DNA of 64,000 nucleotides, from the NCBI GenBank assembly GCA_014727915.1, contig WJMO01000006.1, positions 352,001-416,000 on the forward strand, given 5' to 3'. The notes under the pieces were generated by a model, which did not search any database, was not told the origin of the DNA, and saw only the letters and a list, made by a program, of their open reading frames with translations. Source of the stretch: Candidatus Altiarchaeales archaeon. GTDB lineage: Archaea > Altiarchaeota > Altiarchaeia > IMC4 > SCGC-AAA252-I15. A program made the translations under genes and the position numbers. Positions 36,633 to 46,189 of this stretch are shown piece by piece; position 1 is the stretch's first letter, and every line of letters begins with the position of its first letter.

Positions 36633-37874
36633 ATGGCCAAGGGTAAAAACGACATTGAGGACGTGGATATCGCGGTTATAATATCAAGCAGGAACAACGC
36701 CCACACCATTGGATATGTGATGTACCAGGTAGCCACTGGGTTGGACAGGTACTTCCCAGACAGGAAGTCCGTGATAATCAATGTGGACGGGAACAGCAAC
36801 GACGGCACCCAGAAGGTGGTGAAAGCCATCAAACTACCCGTGCCCACTCTGACTGTGAAGGACCATCCCTGCCTCGGAGTCTGCGGGAAGGGAGCAGGGA
36901 TCAAGACCGCCCTTGAGGTGGCCGACAGGATGGACGCGGATTGCGTGGCTCTGATCGACTCGGACCTGAGGAGCATAAACGAGGAATGGGTGAAGCTGCT
37001 GATAGAGCCGACCCTGTCAGGGAACTATGACTTCGTAGCACCCTACTACCTCCGCTACAAGTATGACGGCACAATAACCAACTTCATCTCATACCCCATC
37101 GTCAGGTCCCTGTTCGGGAAGAGGGTGAGGCAGCCCATCGGCGGAGAGTTCGGGATGGGCAGGGAATGCTATAAGAAGATACTCGCCCACAAACTCTGGG
37201 ATAAGCTGGAGACCGCCCAGTTCGGCATAGACTCGTTCCTGACCTTCACCGCATTGGGGGAGAAGATGAAGATGTGCGAGGCCGTGTTGGGGGTGAAAGT
37301 GCACGACGTCAAAGACCCGTCCCTCCACCTCGCGCCCATGTTCCGCCAGGTGATAGGCAGCATACTCAACCTTGTGGAGGTGTATGGCAAGGATTGGATG
37401 GACCTCAGCGGCAGCGAACCGCTGCCGCGGATCAGGGGAAACATACGATTCGGACATCCTGAACCCTTCGACGTGGACACGAGGAACATGATGAACATCT
37501 TCCTCGGGGGTAGGGCACAGTACGCCAGCCTGTTGAAAGATATTCTGCCACAGGAACTTTACAGGCAGGTGGCGTCCATACCGGACCTGTTCGAAGAGTT
37601 CATATTCGACGCTGAGCTCTGGGTCGAGATACTATCACACGTCATAATAGCATACTATTTCGTGCCGGAGGAGAAGAGAGAGGACGTTCTGAACGTCCTG
37701 CGGCACCTGTGGATGGGGAGGGTTGCCTACTACACCATAGAAACGAGGGACATGAGTAACCGTGAGGCGGAACACCTCACCGAAGAGCAGGCTCTCATAT
37801 TCGAGGAGAGGAAGCCCCTGCTGATCGAGCTTTACAGCAAGATGAAGTCCGGGGCCAGCCAGGCCCGGCTATGA
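36633..37874 (+). CDS. ggs: Single-step glucosylglycerate (or mannosylglycerate) synthase-like glycosyltransferase
   Basis: GKGAG, DSDLRSI, PYYLRYKYDGTITN, RQPIGGEFG, FGID, KVHDVKDP, MFRQV. Confidence 0.85.
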   Translation: MAKGKNDIEDVDIAVIISSRNNAHTIGYVMYQVATGLDRYFPDRKSVIINVDGNSNDGTQKVVKAIKLPVPTLTVKDHPCLGVCGKGAGIKTALEVADRMDADCVALIDSDLRSINEEWVKLLIEPTLSGNYDFVAPYYLRYKYDGTITNFISYPIVRSLFGKRVRQPIGGEFGMGRECYKKILAHKLWDKLETAQFGIDSFLTFTALGEKMKMCEAVLGVKVHDVKDPSLHLAPMFRQVIGSILNLVEVYGKDWMDLSGSEPLPRIRGNIRFGHPEPFDVDTRNMMNIFLGGRAQYASLLKDILPQELYRQVASIPDLFEEFIFDAELWVEILSHVIIAYYFVPEEKREDVLNVLRHLWMGRVAYYTIETRDMSNREAEHLTEEQALIFEERKPLLIELYSKMKSGASQARL

Positions 37875-37880
37875 ACTGGG

Positions 37881-38294
37881 TCAGATGTCCTCTCCACCGT
37901 CTAAGCCTTCCACTATACTGGAAAGCTCCGACACCCAGACCTTTATCAGGTCCCGGAGGGATACTATGCCCACCAGATTCCCGCGGTCATCGACCACGGG
38001 CAGATGGCGGAAGTTGTTCTCCATCATGGTCTTCTTGACCGCGTTGATGTTATCGTCTTGGCCTATGGTTATGGGGTCCCGGGTCATGGCATCCGAGACC
38101 GTGGCCTTGGAGGGGTCCGTCTCGCCCGCTAAAGCACTTACAAGGTCTCGTTCGGTTATTATGCCGGTTGGCCTGCCGTCTTCGACTATCATCAGGGAGC
38201 TTATGCCATGGTCGTGCATCATCTTGGCAGCTTCCTGTAGGGACTCGCCGCCAGCGACCGTCAGGACGTTATCGGTCCAGTATTTGCCTTCCAT
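37881..38294 (-). CDS. CBS-domain pair protein
   Basis: GIITERDL ... RHLPVVD ... LVGIVSLRDL. Confidence 0.93.
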   Translation of the reverse strand: MEGKYWTDNVLTVAGGESLQEAAKMMHDHGISSLMIVEDGRPTGIITERDLVSALAGETDPSKATVSDAMTRDPITIGQDDNINAVKKTMMENNFRHLPVVDDRGNLVGIVSLRDLIKVWVSELSSIVEGLDGGEDI

Positions 38295-38383
38295 CTTGTA
38301 TTACACCAATATATGACTGCTATTCACAAAATAAAAGCCGGGGCAGGAGCCCATTATTAAAATGTGCGGCCGTATATTATTCG

Positions 38384-41233
38384 ATGACCTTCGACTTCCG
38401 CGCCTTAAAGGCTGAGAAGAAGCCGGAATTCCACAGGAACTACCGGGACTACTATCCTGCAGAGAGCTTGGAGAGCGTTGGCTTCACAAGGAAGGTCTGC
38501 TCAAAGTGCGGCAGGGGCTTCTGGAGCGAGGTGGAGAGAGACTACTGTGACGAGCCCACATGCAGCGGAGGATACCGGTTCATAGGCGAAAAGCTCACAC
38601 GGAAGAGGTTCAGCTACAGGGAGGCATGGGACGAGTACGTGAAAACCTTCAAAAAATGGGATTACACGCCGATAAAAAGGTATCCCGTCGTTTGCCGTTG
38701 GTATGAGGACCTGTACTTCGTCAATGCCGGCATAAACGACTTCCAACCCTACGTGGTCGCGGGGGAGGTGGAGCCGCCCGCGCCCGCCGTCTTGGAGCCT
38801 CAGTTCTGCCTCCGATTCCAGGACATGGACTCCGTCGGCGTCACCGGAAGGCACTATACCGGTTTCATAATGGTCGGCCAGCACACCTTCAACACACCCG
38901 ACAGGCACGTGTACTTCAAAGACGAGGGCATACTGCAGATGCACGAATTCCTCACAGAAGGTTTGGGCATAAAATCCTCGGAGATATTCTACCACGAGGA
39001 CGTCTGGGCTGGGGGAGGGAACTACGGACCCTCGATGGAGTTCTTCAGCCGAGGGCTGGAACTCGGCAACCAGGTGTACATGCAATACGAGGTGCTGCCG
39101 GACGGCAGCAGCCGGGAGCTCAGGACGAAGGTCATAGACATGGGAGCGGGCCTTGAGCGTTGGAGCTGGTTCAGCCAGGGCAACCCAATGAGCTACGACA
39201 GCACCTTCCCAGAGGTCATGGACTACATATACAAGTCCGCGTCTTTCAAGTTCGACGAGAGTTTCATGGCCAGGTTCGGCTACTACAGCGGGATGCTCGA
39301 CATAGACGAGGTCGACGACATCGAATCCGTGTGGGGGGACATCGCCGCAGATCTCGGGTTGGAGTTGAGCGAGTTGAAGTCTAAGGTCTACGAGGCGCGA
39401 GCCCTGTACACGATAGCGGACCACACCCGAACCTTGCTCGTTGCCATACACGACGGTGCCCTGCCGTCGAACGTCGGGGGAGGGTACAACCTCAGGAACA
39501 TACTACGGAGGTGCTGGTCCCTGAACGACGAATACAACCTTCAGATAGAATTGGAGGAGGTCTTCGAGAAGCACGTGGGAGAGTTCGGACGATGGTATAC
39601 TGAGTTGAAGGATGTGGGAAGCCTCTATGACATAATAGCAGTCGAAAGGGAAAGATACAGGGAGACCGCGGAGAAAGGACGGAAGATCGTCGGGAAGGAG
39701 AGGGACATGACCGTCGAACGGATGGTCGAGCTCTACGACAGCCAGGGCATAACACCCGACCTCATACATGAGATGACCGGTGTTGATATCCCGGACAACT
39801 TCTACCGCCTGGTCGATGAAAGGCATGAGAAGATGAGGAAAGAGGAGGATAGGGCGGTTTTGGAGGTCCCGGAGGGAATCTCGCACACTGTCTTAGGATA
39901 CTACGAGGACCAGGAGATAGTGGATTTCAAGGCCAGGGTGTTGTCCGTCTTCGACGACCATGTTATACTTGACAGGACATTCTTCTACCCTGAGGGAGGA
40001 GGGCAGGAGGCGGACAACGGAACCATCGCCGGCAGGAAAGTCAAGCACGTTCAGAAAGTTGGCAGGGTGGTAGTGCACGACCTGGAGGACGTCAGAGGAT
40101 TGAATCCGGGGGAGGAGGTCGAGTGCAGAGTAGACGACAAGCGAAGGATTCAGTTGATGCAGCACCACACCGCAACCCATATAGTGAACGCGGCAGCGCG
40201 GAGGGTGTTGGGGCCTCACATATTCCAGGCGGGCGCCCACAAGAGCGAGAAGGTCTCAAGGCTGGACATCACACACTACAAGGCAGTAGAAGGTGCGGAA
40301 CTGAAGGCTATCGAGGAGGAGGCCAACAGGATTGTAGGGGAATCGCGCCCCGTTACCGTATCATGTATGAGACGAAACGACGCAGAGGAAAGATACGGGA
40401 TGGGCATATACCAGGGCGGAGCCGTGCCCGGCACGGAGCTGAGGATAGTGAACGTAGAGGGCGTGGACGTGGAAGCCTGCGGCGGAACCCACCTAAAGAA
40501 CACAGAGGATGTCGGCCACATCAAGATGCTGTCTGCGAAGAGGATACAGGACGGCGTGGTGCGGCTGGAATTCACGGCAGGGGGAGCTTCAGAGAAGGCA
40601 GCCGGGAAAGAGGAGGAATGGTACCGAGATTCGATATCCAATTTCACATTCAAAATCGAAGACCGCGGCTTCGATGTTGAGATGCTAAAGGCGGCGGCCG
40701 CCGTGTTCAGCATAGAGCCGAGGAAACTGCCCCAGGCCATCGACCGCTTCACGAAGGAATGCGAGAGGGACCTGGAGGCGGTTGAGAAGATGGGGGGAGA
40801 GGGCATTAGAATCGAGGGAGCATCGGACATCCTCGATGCCAGCAGACAGCTATTCAACGCTTGGAAGACAAACCGGAAAGCGCTGGAGAAACTCCAGGGC
40901 GAAGCCGGCCGCGAAGTGGCAGAAGACATAGAGGCTAAGTTCAAAGACGCGGACATTGTGAGGCATATTACTTCCGGGTTGGGCGTTAAGGCATTGACTG
41001 AACTGGCGAACAAGGCCGTTGAGAAACAAGGCAGGCTTCTGATAGTATTGAACAATGCGGATGAGAAGGTGAACGTCGTCGTGGCCTCGAGCAGCGGACA
41101 TAACGCGGCGGAGATATGCGAGAAGCTCAGCAGACAGCTGGGAGGCGGGGGACGGGGCAGAGCAACGCTGGCAATAGGCGGTGGAAAATCGGATAACGCG
41201 GAAAAAACCCTGGAAGAATTTGAGATAGGTTAG
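38384..41233 (+). CDS. alaS: Alanine--tRNA ligase, archaeal type
   Basis: N-terminal CxxC, IDMGAGLER, IADHTRT, editing motifs HHTATH and EACGGTH, C-terminal GGGGRG. Confidence 0.97.
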   Translation: MTFDFRALKAEKKPEFHRNYRDYYPAESLESVGFTRKVCSKCGRGFWSEVERDYCDEPTCSGGYRFIGEKLTRKRFSYREAWDEYVKTFKKWDYTPIKRYPVVCRWYEDLYFVNAGINDFQPYVVAGEVEPPAPAVLEPQFCLRFQDMDSVGVTGRHYTGFIMVGQHTFNTPDRHVYFKDEGILQMHEFLTEGLGIKSSEIFYHEDVWAGGGNYGPSMEFFSRGLELGNQVYMQYEVLPDGSSRELRTKVIDMGAGLERWSWFSQGNPMSYDSTFPEVMDYIYKSASFKFDESFMARFGYYSGMLDIDEVDDIESVWGDIAADLGLELSELKSKVYEARALYTIADHTRTLLVAIHDGALPSNVGGGYNLRNILRRCWSLNDEYNLQIELEEVFEKHVGEFGRWYTELKDVGSLYDIIAVERERYRETAEKGRKIVGKERDMTVERMVELYDSQGITPDLIHEMTGVDIPDNFYRLVDERHEKMRKEEDRAVLEVPEGISHTVLGYYEDQEIVDFKARVLSVFDDHVILDRTFFYPEGGGQEADNGTIAGRKVKHVQKVGRVVVHDLEDVRGLNPGEEVECRVDDKRRIQLMQHHTATHIVNAAARRVLGPHIFQAGAHKSEKVSRLDITHYKAVEGAELKAIEEEANRIVGESRPVTVSCMRRNDAEERYGMGIYQGGAVPGTELRIVNVEGVDVEACGGTHLKNTEDVGHIKMLSAKRIQDGVVRLEFTAGGASEKAAGKEEEWYRDSISNFTFKIEDRGFDVEMLKAAAAVFSIEPRKLPQAIDRFTKECERDLEAVEKMGGEGIRIEGASDILDASRQLFNAWKTNRKALEKLQGEAGREVAEDIEAKFKDADIVRHITSGLGVKALTELANKAVEKQGRLLIVLNNADEKVNVVVASSSGHNAAEICEKLSRQLGGGGRGRATLAIGGGKSDNAEKTLEEFEIG

Positions 41234-41330
41234 GTGAGGGGGTCTTTTTGTAATGCGCCAGCACACATGTGAAAGCCCATTCTTATATGGAAAATGGTTA
41301 TATTAAGTATTCCGGGCGGGCGGGCTTAAT

Positions 41331-42050
41331 ATGATATTATCCAGGCACATAACCACGAAGATTATCTTCTTGTTTGACCAGTTGGTCCCGCCGATAGTGA
41401 GGGACTCCAAGATCTTCATGTACATACCGTTCCGATTGCTGTTCGGGAAGAGATACGTGAACATGTTCTTCGAATTCAAGGATAAAGCCCCGTTCATGAC
41501 CGAGGAAGAGTACAACAGGACATACGCCGACATAAACCGGGACCTGATAAAGCGCAAGACAGACCTGAACGACGAGTGCGTGGAAGAGATACTGGACAAC
41601 CTAACGGGTATTTCGGTCCTGGAAGTCGGATGCGGAAAGGCCTACCTGAGCAACAAGATGGGGAAAAAAGGCTATGACGTGACGGGCGTGGACATATACA
41701 TCGCAGAAGCCACAATAGAGGAGCACAAGAAGATAAAATTCATGAAGGAGAACATAGAGAGCCTCTCTTTCGAAGACAGGTCATTCGACACCGTCGTCTG
41801 CGCCCACACGCTAGAGCACGTACAAGACCTGCAGAAGTCCATAAGCGAGCTGAGAAGGGTCGCGAGAAAGAGGCTGATAATAGTCGTGCCAAAGCAGAGA
41901 CCCTACAGATACACCTTCGACCCGCATCTGCACTTCTTCCCCTACCTGCATTCCTTCCTGCAGGTCATGAGGCCCAGGAACAGGCACGTATGCAAGGTCG
42001 TTGACATGGACATCTTCTACATGGAAGACACCGAAACAACAGGCGAGTGA
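41331..42050 (+). CDS. Class I SAM-dependent methyltransferase
   Basis: VLEVGCGKA, GVDI, FDTVVCAHTLEHV. Confidence 0.9.
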   Translation: MILSRHITTKIIFLFDQLVPPIVRDSKIFMYIPFRLLFGKRYVNMFFEFKDKAPFMTEEEYNRTYADINRDLIKRKTDLNDECVEEILDNLTGISVLEVGCGKAYLSNKMGKKGYDVTGVDIYIAEATIEEHKKIKFMKENIESLSFEDRSFDTVVCAHTLEHVQDLQKSISELRRVARKRLIIVVPKQRPYRYTFDPHLHFFPYLHSFLQVMRPRNRHVCKVVDMDIFYMEDTETTGE

Positions 42051-42059
42051 AAAGGAGGG

Positions 42060-42746
42060 TTATTTATCGGCGGCAGGTGTTGGCTGGTCCAGCCTGCACT
42101 CGTTCAACGCCTTGACCCCAGACCGTGTGATCTTGAACTCCACCGTCAGCCCCTCGGGCTTGGTCATGTGCCTGCGCACCACAGCATACCTCGAATTGTC
42201 ATCCCGCCTGCAAAGTTCCACCACGTTCTTGGTGAAGTACTCGCTTATCTGACCGCCGATAGGCCGTATCCTGTTAGTGTCGTATTCGCTATAAACCTGG
42301 TTTGTCAACAACACGGGAAGGTTGTATTTGCGGGCGGCCCTGAGTAGCTGGGCGAGAATCCTGCCGAGCATTCGAACGTCCTTGTCCTCCTCCATCCTGT
42401 AGAGCATGGCTATGCTGTCCACGACAACAAGAGATATCTTCATGGAGGTTATCACCTCATCCAACCTGGCAATGGACAATTTCTGCTCGTCGAATGTGGT
42501 GGGCTCGACCAGCAGTGTGTTGTTCAACACGTCCTCGAATTTCTCGCCGGATATCTGCTTCAACCGGGCGGCGCTGAAACCGCCCTCTGGGTCGATGTAA
42601 ACAACCTTCCCCTGCCCCAACGCGTTCGCAGTCGCTATGAGCGCCAGGTTGGTCTTGCCGGACGCGGGCGGCCCGTATATGTGGGTGACAACACCCTCGC
42701 AAAGGCCGTCTGTCAAGTCGTCGAAGCAGTTGTTGAAGAGTATCAT
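42060..42746 (-). CDS. radB: DNA repair protein RadB
   Basis: GPPASGKT, YIDPEGGFS, VVDSI, TNQVY, PIGG; no RadA N-terminal domain. Confidence 0.92.
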   Translation of the reverse strand: MILFNNCFDDLTDGLCEGVVTHIYGPPASGKTNLALIATANALGQGKVVYIDPEGGFSAARLKQISGEKFEDVLNNTLLVEPTTFDEQKLSIARLDEVITSMKISLVVVDSIAMLYRMEEDKDVRMLGRILAQLLRAARKYNLPVLLTNQVYSEYDTNRIRPIGGQISEYFTKNVVELCRRDDNSRYAVVRRHMTKPEGLTVEFKITRSGVKALNECRLDQPTPAADK

Positions 42747-43819
42747 GCCGCATACCTCTGGAACAGGTCGACACAAAGTTCCTCCAGTTCCTTGTTGCCG
42801 TTCCCAGACTTTTCAAAATACTCGCGTATAAGGTCCTCGCTCAGCTCAACACGCTCGAACTCCAACTCGAATTCGCGGGAGCGGGGTACCACGTTGACGT
42901 CCAGTATTGTGCGACCATGCTCGAATGTGGTCCAGTCCCTGCGGACATCCAACAGGTCTCCCTGCAGGTCCGCGTCCACGTCAACCCTCAGCAGAGGTAC
43001 ATTGTGTGAGTTGATGACTCCCTCCAGCCTGTTGTTCAGTTCCTCCGGAGAGCCCTTGAACTCGAACCTCACCGACGACATCGGAGCGGATTCGACCTTG
43101 ATGAACCGGGGGCTGTGAAGGTCATCTTCGAAGCATAGGAAGCCGTTCCTGTTATCTGCCTCGTTGAAGCTTATCCTCTCTGTGGAGCCGCAGTAGTATG
43201 CTGGCTTAACCTCCATAAGCTCCTTGATCGGCTGGTGCTTGTGAACATGCCCTGAGACTATAAGGTCGTAGTTGGGCGCCACCTCCCTCAACGCGGCCAG
43301 GGAGATCTCATATGGGCTAAGGTATCTCTCGATGGCCTGGTGCAGGCAGAGTATGTTAACGTCCCCCTCAAGGTTGGATGACAGGCCTCGCAGCTTCTCC
43401 TCCGCCCGCTCGCGGTTCCTCGTGTACTCGAAACCGTGGAAGCCATAGGTCTTCCTGCCCACATTCAACAGCACATGCGGGTTCTCCGAGGACAGCACGT
43501 GGATGCGGTCGTGGACTTCACTGTAGATGGGAGAATATGTAGTGCCAAGGTGGCCTTCGATCTCATGGTTGCCGATGCACACTATCACCTGGCACTGACT
43601 AGCAGCCTCCAACAGCTTCTTCAACACCGTCCGCATGCTCACCGGGTCCGGTTTGGGATGGTGGAGTAGGTCGCCTGTGAAGACCATGAAGGTGGGCTTC
43701 AGGTTCAACGCCTTACGCACCGCCTCCTCGAACGCCTTACTGTAGTCTCTCAGCCTCTGTGACTTGAACCTGTGCCTGTACCCCAGGTGCGAGTCGCCGA
43801 TGAAGACTATGGAGGCCAT
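42743..43819 (-). CDS. mre11: Mre11/SbcD-type DNA repair nuclease
   Basis: DSHLG, TGDLLH, GNHE, LHQ, GHVH, YCGSTERISFNE. Confidence 0.92.
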   Translation of the reverse strand: MASIVFIGDSHLGYRHRFKSQRLRDYSKAFEEAVRKALNLKPTFMVFTGDLLHHPKPDPVSMRTVLKKLLEAASQCQVIVCIGNHEIEGHLGTTYSPIYSEVHDRIHVLSSENPHVLLNVGRKTYGFHGFEYTRNRERAEEKLRGLSSNLEGDVNILCLHQAIERYLSPYEISLAALREVAPNYDLIVSGHVHKHQPIKELMEVKPAYYCGSTERISFNEADNRNGFLCFEDDLHSPRFIKVESAPMSSVRFEFKGSPEELNNRLEGVINSHNVPLLRVDVDADLQGDLLDVRRDWTTFEHGRTILDVNVVPRSREFELEFERVELSEDLIREYFEKSGNGNKELEELCVDLFQRYAA

Positions 43820-44175
43820 TATCTGCCTTCTATCTCAGCGTCCACCGCCAGGCCACCGGATAGCTTGACGACGACGTTGAAGACGAACGCGACTATGACA
43901 CCCATAAAGAACCCTATTATCGTCGAGGATACCACACCCACCACCGCGGATATGAGGAACCCCACTAAGCCTACCCCTCCGACCATCAGCGTGGCTGCGA
44001 GCACGTCGAAGCTTCCGCTGCCAAGGCCCAAAAGCACGGACAGGAGGAAATACACTACCCCCATAACAACGCCGATAGCTATCAAAACCAGGCTGTATAT
44101 TAGGGAGAAAACAGCCGCGAACTTGCCCGTAGACATCAAACCCAGATGCTTTATTTTAATGGTTGACTTTGCCAT
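43819..44175 (-). CDS. Two-TM membrane protein (DUF3566-like)
   Basis: IKHLGLMSTGK...FVFNVVVKLSGGL pattern; AGGTGA RBS upstream. Confidence 0.75.
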   Translation of the reverse strand: MAKSTIKIKHLGLMSTGKFAAVFSLIYSLVLIAIGVVMGVVYFLLSVLLGLGSGSFDVLAATLMVGGVGLVGFLISAVVGVVSSTIIGFFMGVIVAFVFNVVVKLSGGLAVDAEIEGR

Positions 44176-44218
44176 GATCAATCACCTAACATAATACTGG
44201 TCAGTCTATTATATAACT

Positions 44219-45142
44219 ATGTTCAACCTACCCTACGTGCCCACAGCGGACGACCTCATAGACAAGGCCTTCCGGGCCGGAGCCAAGAAGAGCAAGACCG
44301 TCAGGGGCATGAGCAGGAGGAAGCCTGAGAAGGCCCTCACAGCCGAGATAAAGAGGGTGGAGCAGATCTCGGCCATCGTGGAAGGCGACCTGAACGCGGT
44401 AGTGAAGCATTTCCCAAGCTATGAGGAGCTGAGCGAATTCCACCAGGCCCTGCTGGACCTGAGGGTGAAGAAGGACAGGTACAAGAAGAGCCTGGGGGCT
44501 GTGAAATGGTGTAGTGACAGGGTCAGCTCATTGAAGAACAAGACCCTCCGGAAGCTGAAGACCCAGAAGGACCTGGGGGAGAGCAGGGTGTTCCTGGGGA
44601 GGGTGAGCTCGTTCATAAAGAGGGTACGGAAGGACCTGGACTACCTGGTGGAAGTCAAGGGTGTGCTGCTCTCCTTCCCGTTTCTGAAGGACGAGCCCAC
44701 ACTGGTGGTGGCGGGAGTGCCAAATGCGGGGAAGAGCACATTCGTGAGGACGTTGACAGGGTCTAAGGTGAAGATAGCATCCTACCCGTTCACCACAACC
44801 GAGATAATGATCGGCTACCGGAAGGTCAGGTACATGGAATACCAGGTCATCGACTCCCCGGGGATACTGGACAGGCCCATGGAAGACCGGAACAGGACTG
44901 AATTGCAGGCGGTATTGGCCATAGAGCACCTGGCGGACGTGGTGTTGTTCATCATAGACCCTGAATCAGAACTGGAAAACCAGCTGCGATTGTTGGATGA
45001 GATAGAGCAGAACTTCAACCTCAAAGTCCACACGGCAGTCAACGACAAAGGAGGAGAAAACCCCAAAGGCTATGAGACATTCAACGCGACAAAAGAGGAA
45101 GACTGCCTAAGACTATTCAAGGAGTGCATTGGGTTGAAATAA
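44219..45142 (+). CDS. NOG1-family GTP-binding protein
   Basis: VPTADDLIDKAF, GVPNAGKS, YPFTT, DSPGILDRP. Confidence 0.93.
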   Translation: MFNLPYVPTADDLIDKAFRAGAKKSKTVRGMSRRKPEKALTAEIKRVEQISAIVEGDLNAVVKHFPSYEELSEFHQALLDLRVKKDRYKKSLGAVKWCSDRVSSLKNKTLRKLKTQKDLGESRVFLGRVSSFIKRVRKDLDYLVEVKGVLLSFPFLKDEPTLVVAGVPNAGKSTFVRTLTGSKVKIASYPFTTTEIMIGYRKVRYMEYQVIDSPGILDRPMEDRNRTELQAVLAIEHLADVVLFIIDPESELENQLRLLDEIEQNFNLKVHTAVNDKGGENPKGYETFNATKEEDCLRLFKECIGLK

Positions 45143-45158
45143 CAAACTCGGAGGTCAG

Positions 45159-45401
45159 TTATTTCTTAGGGTATTTCCTCCTGAATGCAGCCGGCCTTTC
45201 CGTCTTTTCCTTCAACGCCTGAGCTGAGGGAACGTTAAGTGGTTCTCCATCGCTGTTACCATCACCTGAGTGGGAGAGCTCTATCTTCGCCCGCTCATTC
45301 AATCCCACGGCGTCAAGCGCTTCCAACTCGCCACCAGATGTGGGGCGGACAATGCCGTCACCGGCTGAAGAACCCCTCTTCCTCGTTTTTACAGTGGTCA
45401 T
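45159..45401 (-). CDS. Small basic hypothetical protein
   Basis: 80-aa ORF preceded by the duplicated promoter-like segment. Confidence 0.55.
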   Translation of the reverse strand: MTTVKTRKRGSSAGDGIVRPTSGGELEALDAVGLNERAKIELSHSGDGNSDGEPLNVPSAQALKEKTERPAAFRRKYPKK

Positions 45402-45439
45402 GTAATAAATTGGGAAAAATTAGTATAAAACAGAAACTA
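45399..45439 (-). repeat. Duplicated promoter-like segment, copy 1
   Basis: 34/42 identity to 45869-45910 by manual alignment; TTTTATA box on the minus strand. Confidence 0.7.
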
Positions 45440-45469
45440 AAAAGGATGATGTGTCGGTTTCATTCTGTT

Positions 45470-45871
45470 TCAGGGTGTTTTTTTACGGCTCCACTTTTTC
45501 CTGAACCGCCTCACAGCCTCTGATTCGTTCACGGACTGGCGCCCTTCCACCTGAGGCGGGATCCTATCAAGGTCCTCGTCCGAGGGGATTTCATATTCGA
45601 AATCACGGGTTTTAGGCTCGTCTATACTGGGTTCTCCCTTCTCCCGCTTTTTCTTCCTCTCCCGGGCCAGCTTTATCAGCTGAAGCTGGACTGTCGTGAA
45701 ATGGGGCTCGTAGCCGTCGGCCGCTCCCCGCTCAGCCTCTATGAGGAGCTTATCGCCCAACGCATCCGTATCCACGTCCTGGATTCCAACGTCAGGGGTC
45801 TGGTGTACTTCATAGCCTGGCTCACGGCTATGGTGCTTCCTACCACGCTCCTTGACGACCGCCTTGACCAT
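45470..45871 (-). CDS. Small charged hypothetical protein
   Basis: 133-aa ORF preceded by the duplicated promoter-like segment. Confidence 0.6.
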   Translation of the reverse strand: MVKAVVKERGRKHHSREPGYEVHQTPDVGIQDVDTDALGDKLLIEAERGAADGYEPHFTTVQLQLIKLARERKKKREKGEPSIDEPKTRDFEYEIPSDEDLDRIPPQVEGRQSVNESEAVRRFRKKWSRKKTP

Positions 45872-45910
45872 GATAATATACTGGGAAATAGTGATATAAA
45901 ATAGAAACTA
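45869..45910 (-). repeat. Duplicated promoter-like segment, copy 2
   Basis: See copy 1. Confidence 0.7.
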
Positions 45911-45920
45911 TTGCTTTTTT

Positions 45921-46187
45921 CTATTCCTTTGGGCGGATCACAGTGTACCTGTCCCTCAACTGCCTCAACCTTGGCCTGGCCTCAAAGTCGTTAGAGAGAA
46001 TTTCGAACTGTTCACGTGTTATGGGAAGCGGATCATCGGGTTCAGCGTGCTCCATCTCCCTCAACAGAACGTCTATCATCTCGGCAGACGACCCTATCCT
46101 CCCAGTCTGCCTTGGAAAATGGATTTGCCTGCCCCTTTCACCCTCAAGTCCCTGCCTCTTCTTGGGTGATTTATCCTCCAATGCCAT
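45921..46187 (-). CDS. Small hypothetical protein
   Basis: ATG lies 2 nt after the aroC stop (MALEDKSPKK...). Confidence 0.55.
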   Translation of the reverse strand: MALEDKSPKKRQGLEGERGRQIHFPRQTGRIGSSAEMIDVLLREMEHAEPDDPLPITREQFEILSNDFEARPRLRQLRDRYTVIRPKE

Positions 46188-46189
46188 CT

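Noticed and set aside
38168-38383. N-terminal extension of AlaRS
   Set aside because: Overlaps the divergent CBS gene and the promoter; the ATG at 38384 follows a TATA-like box.
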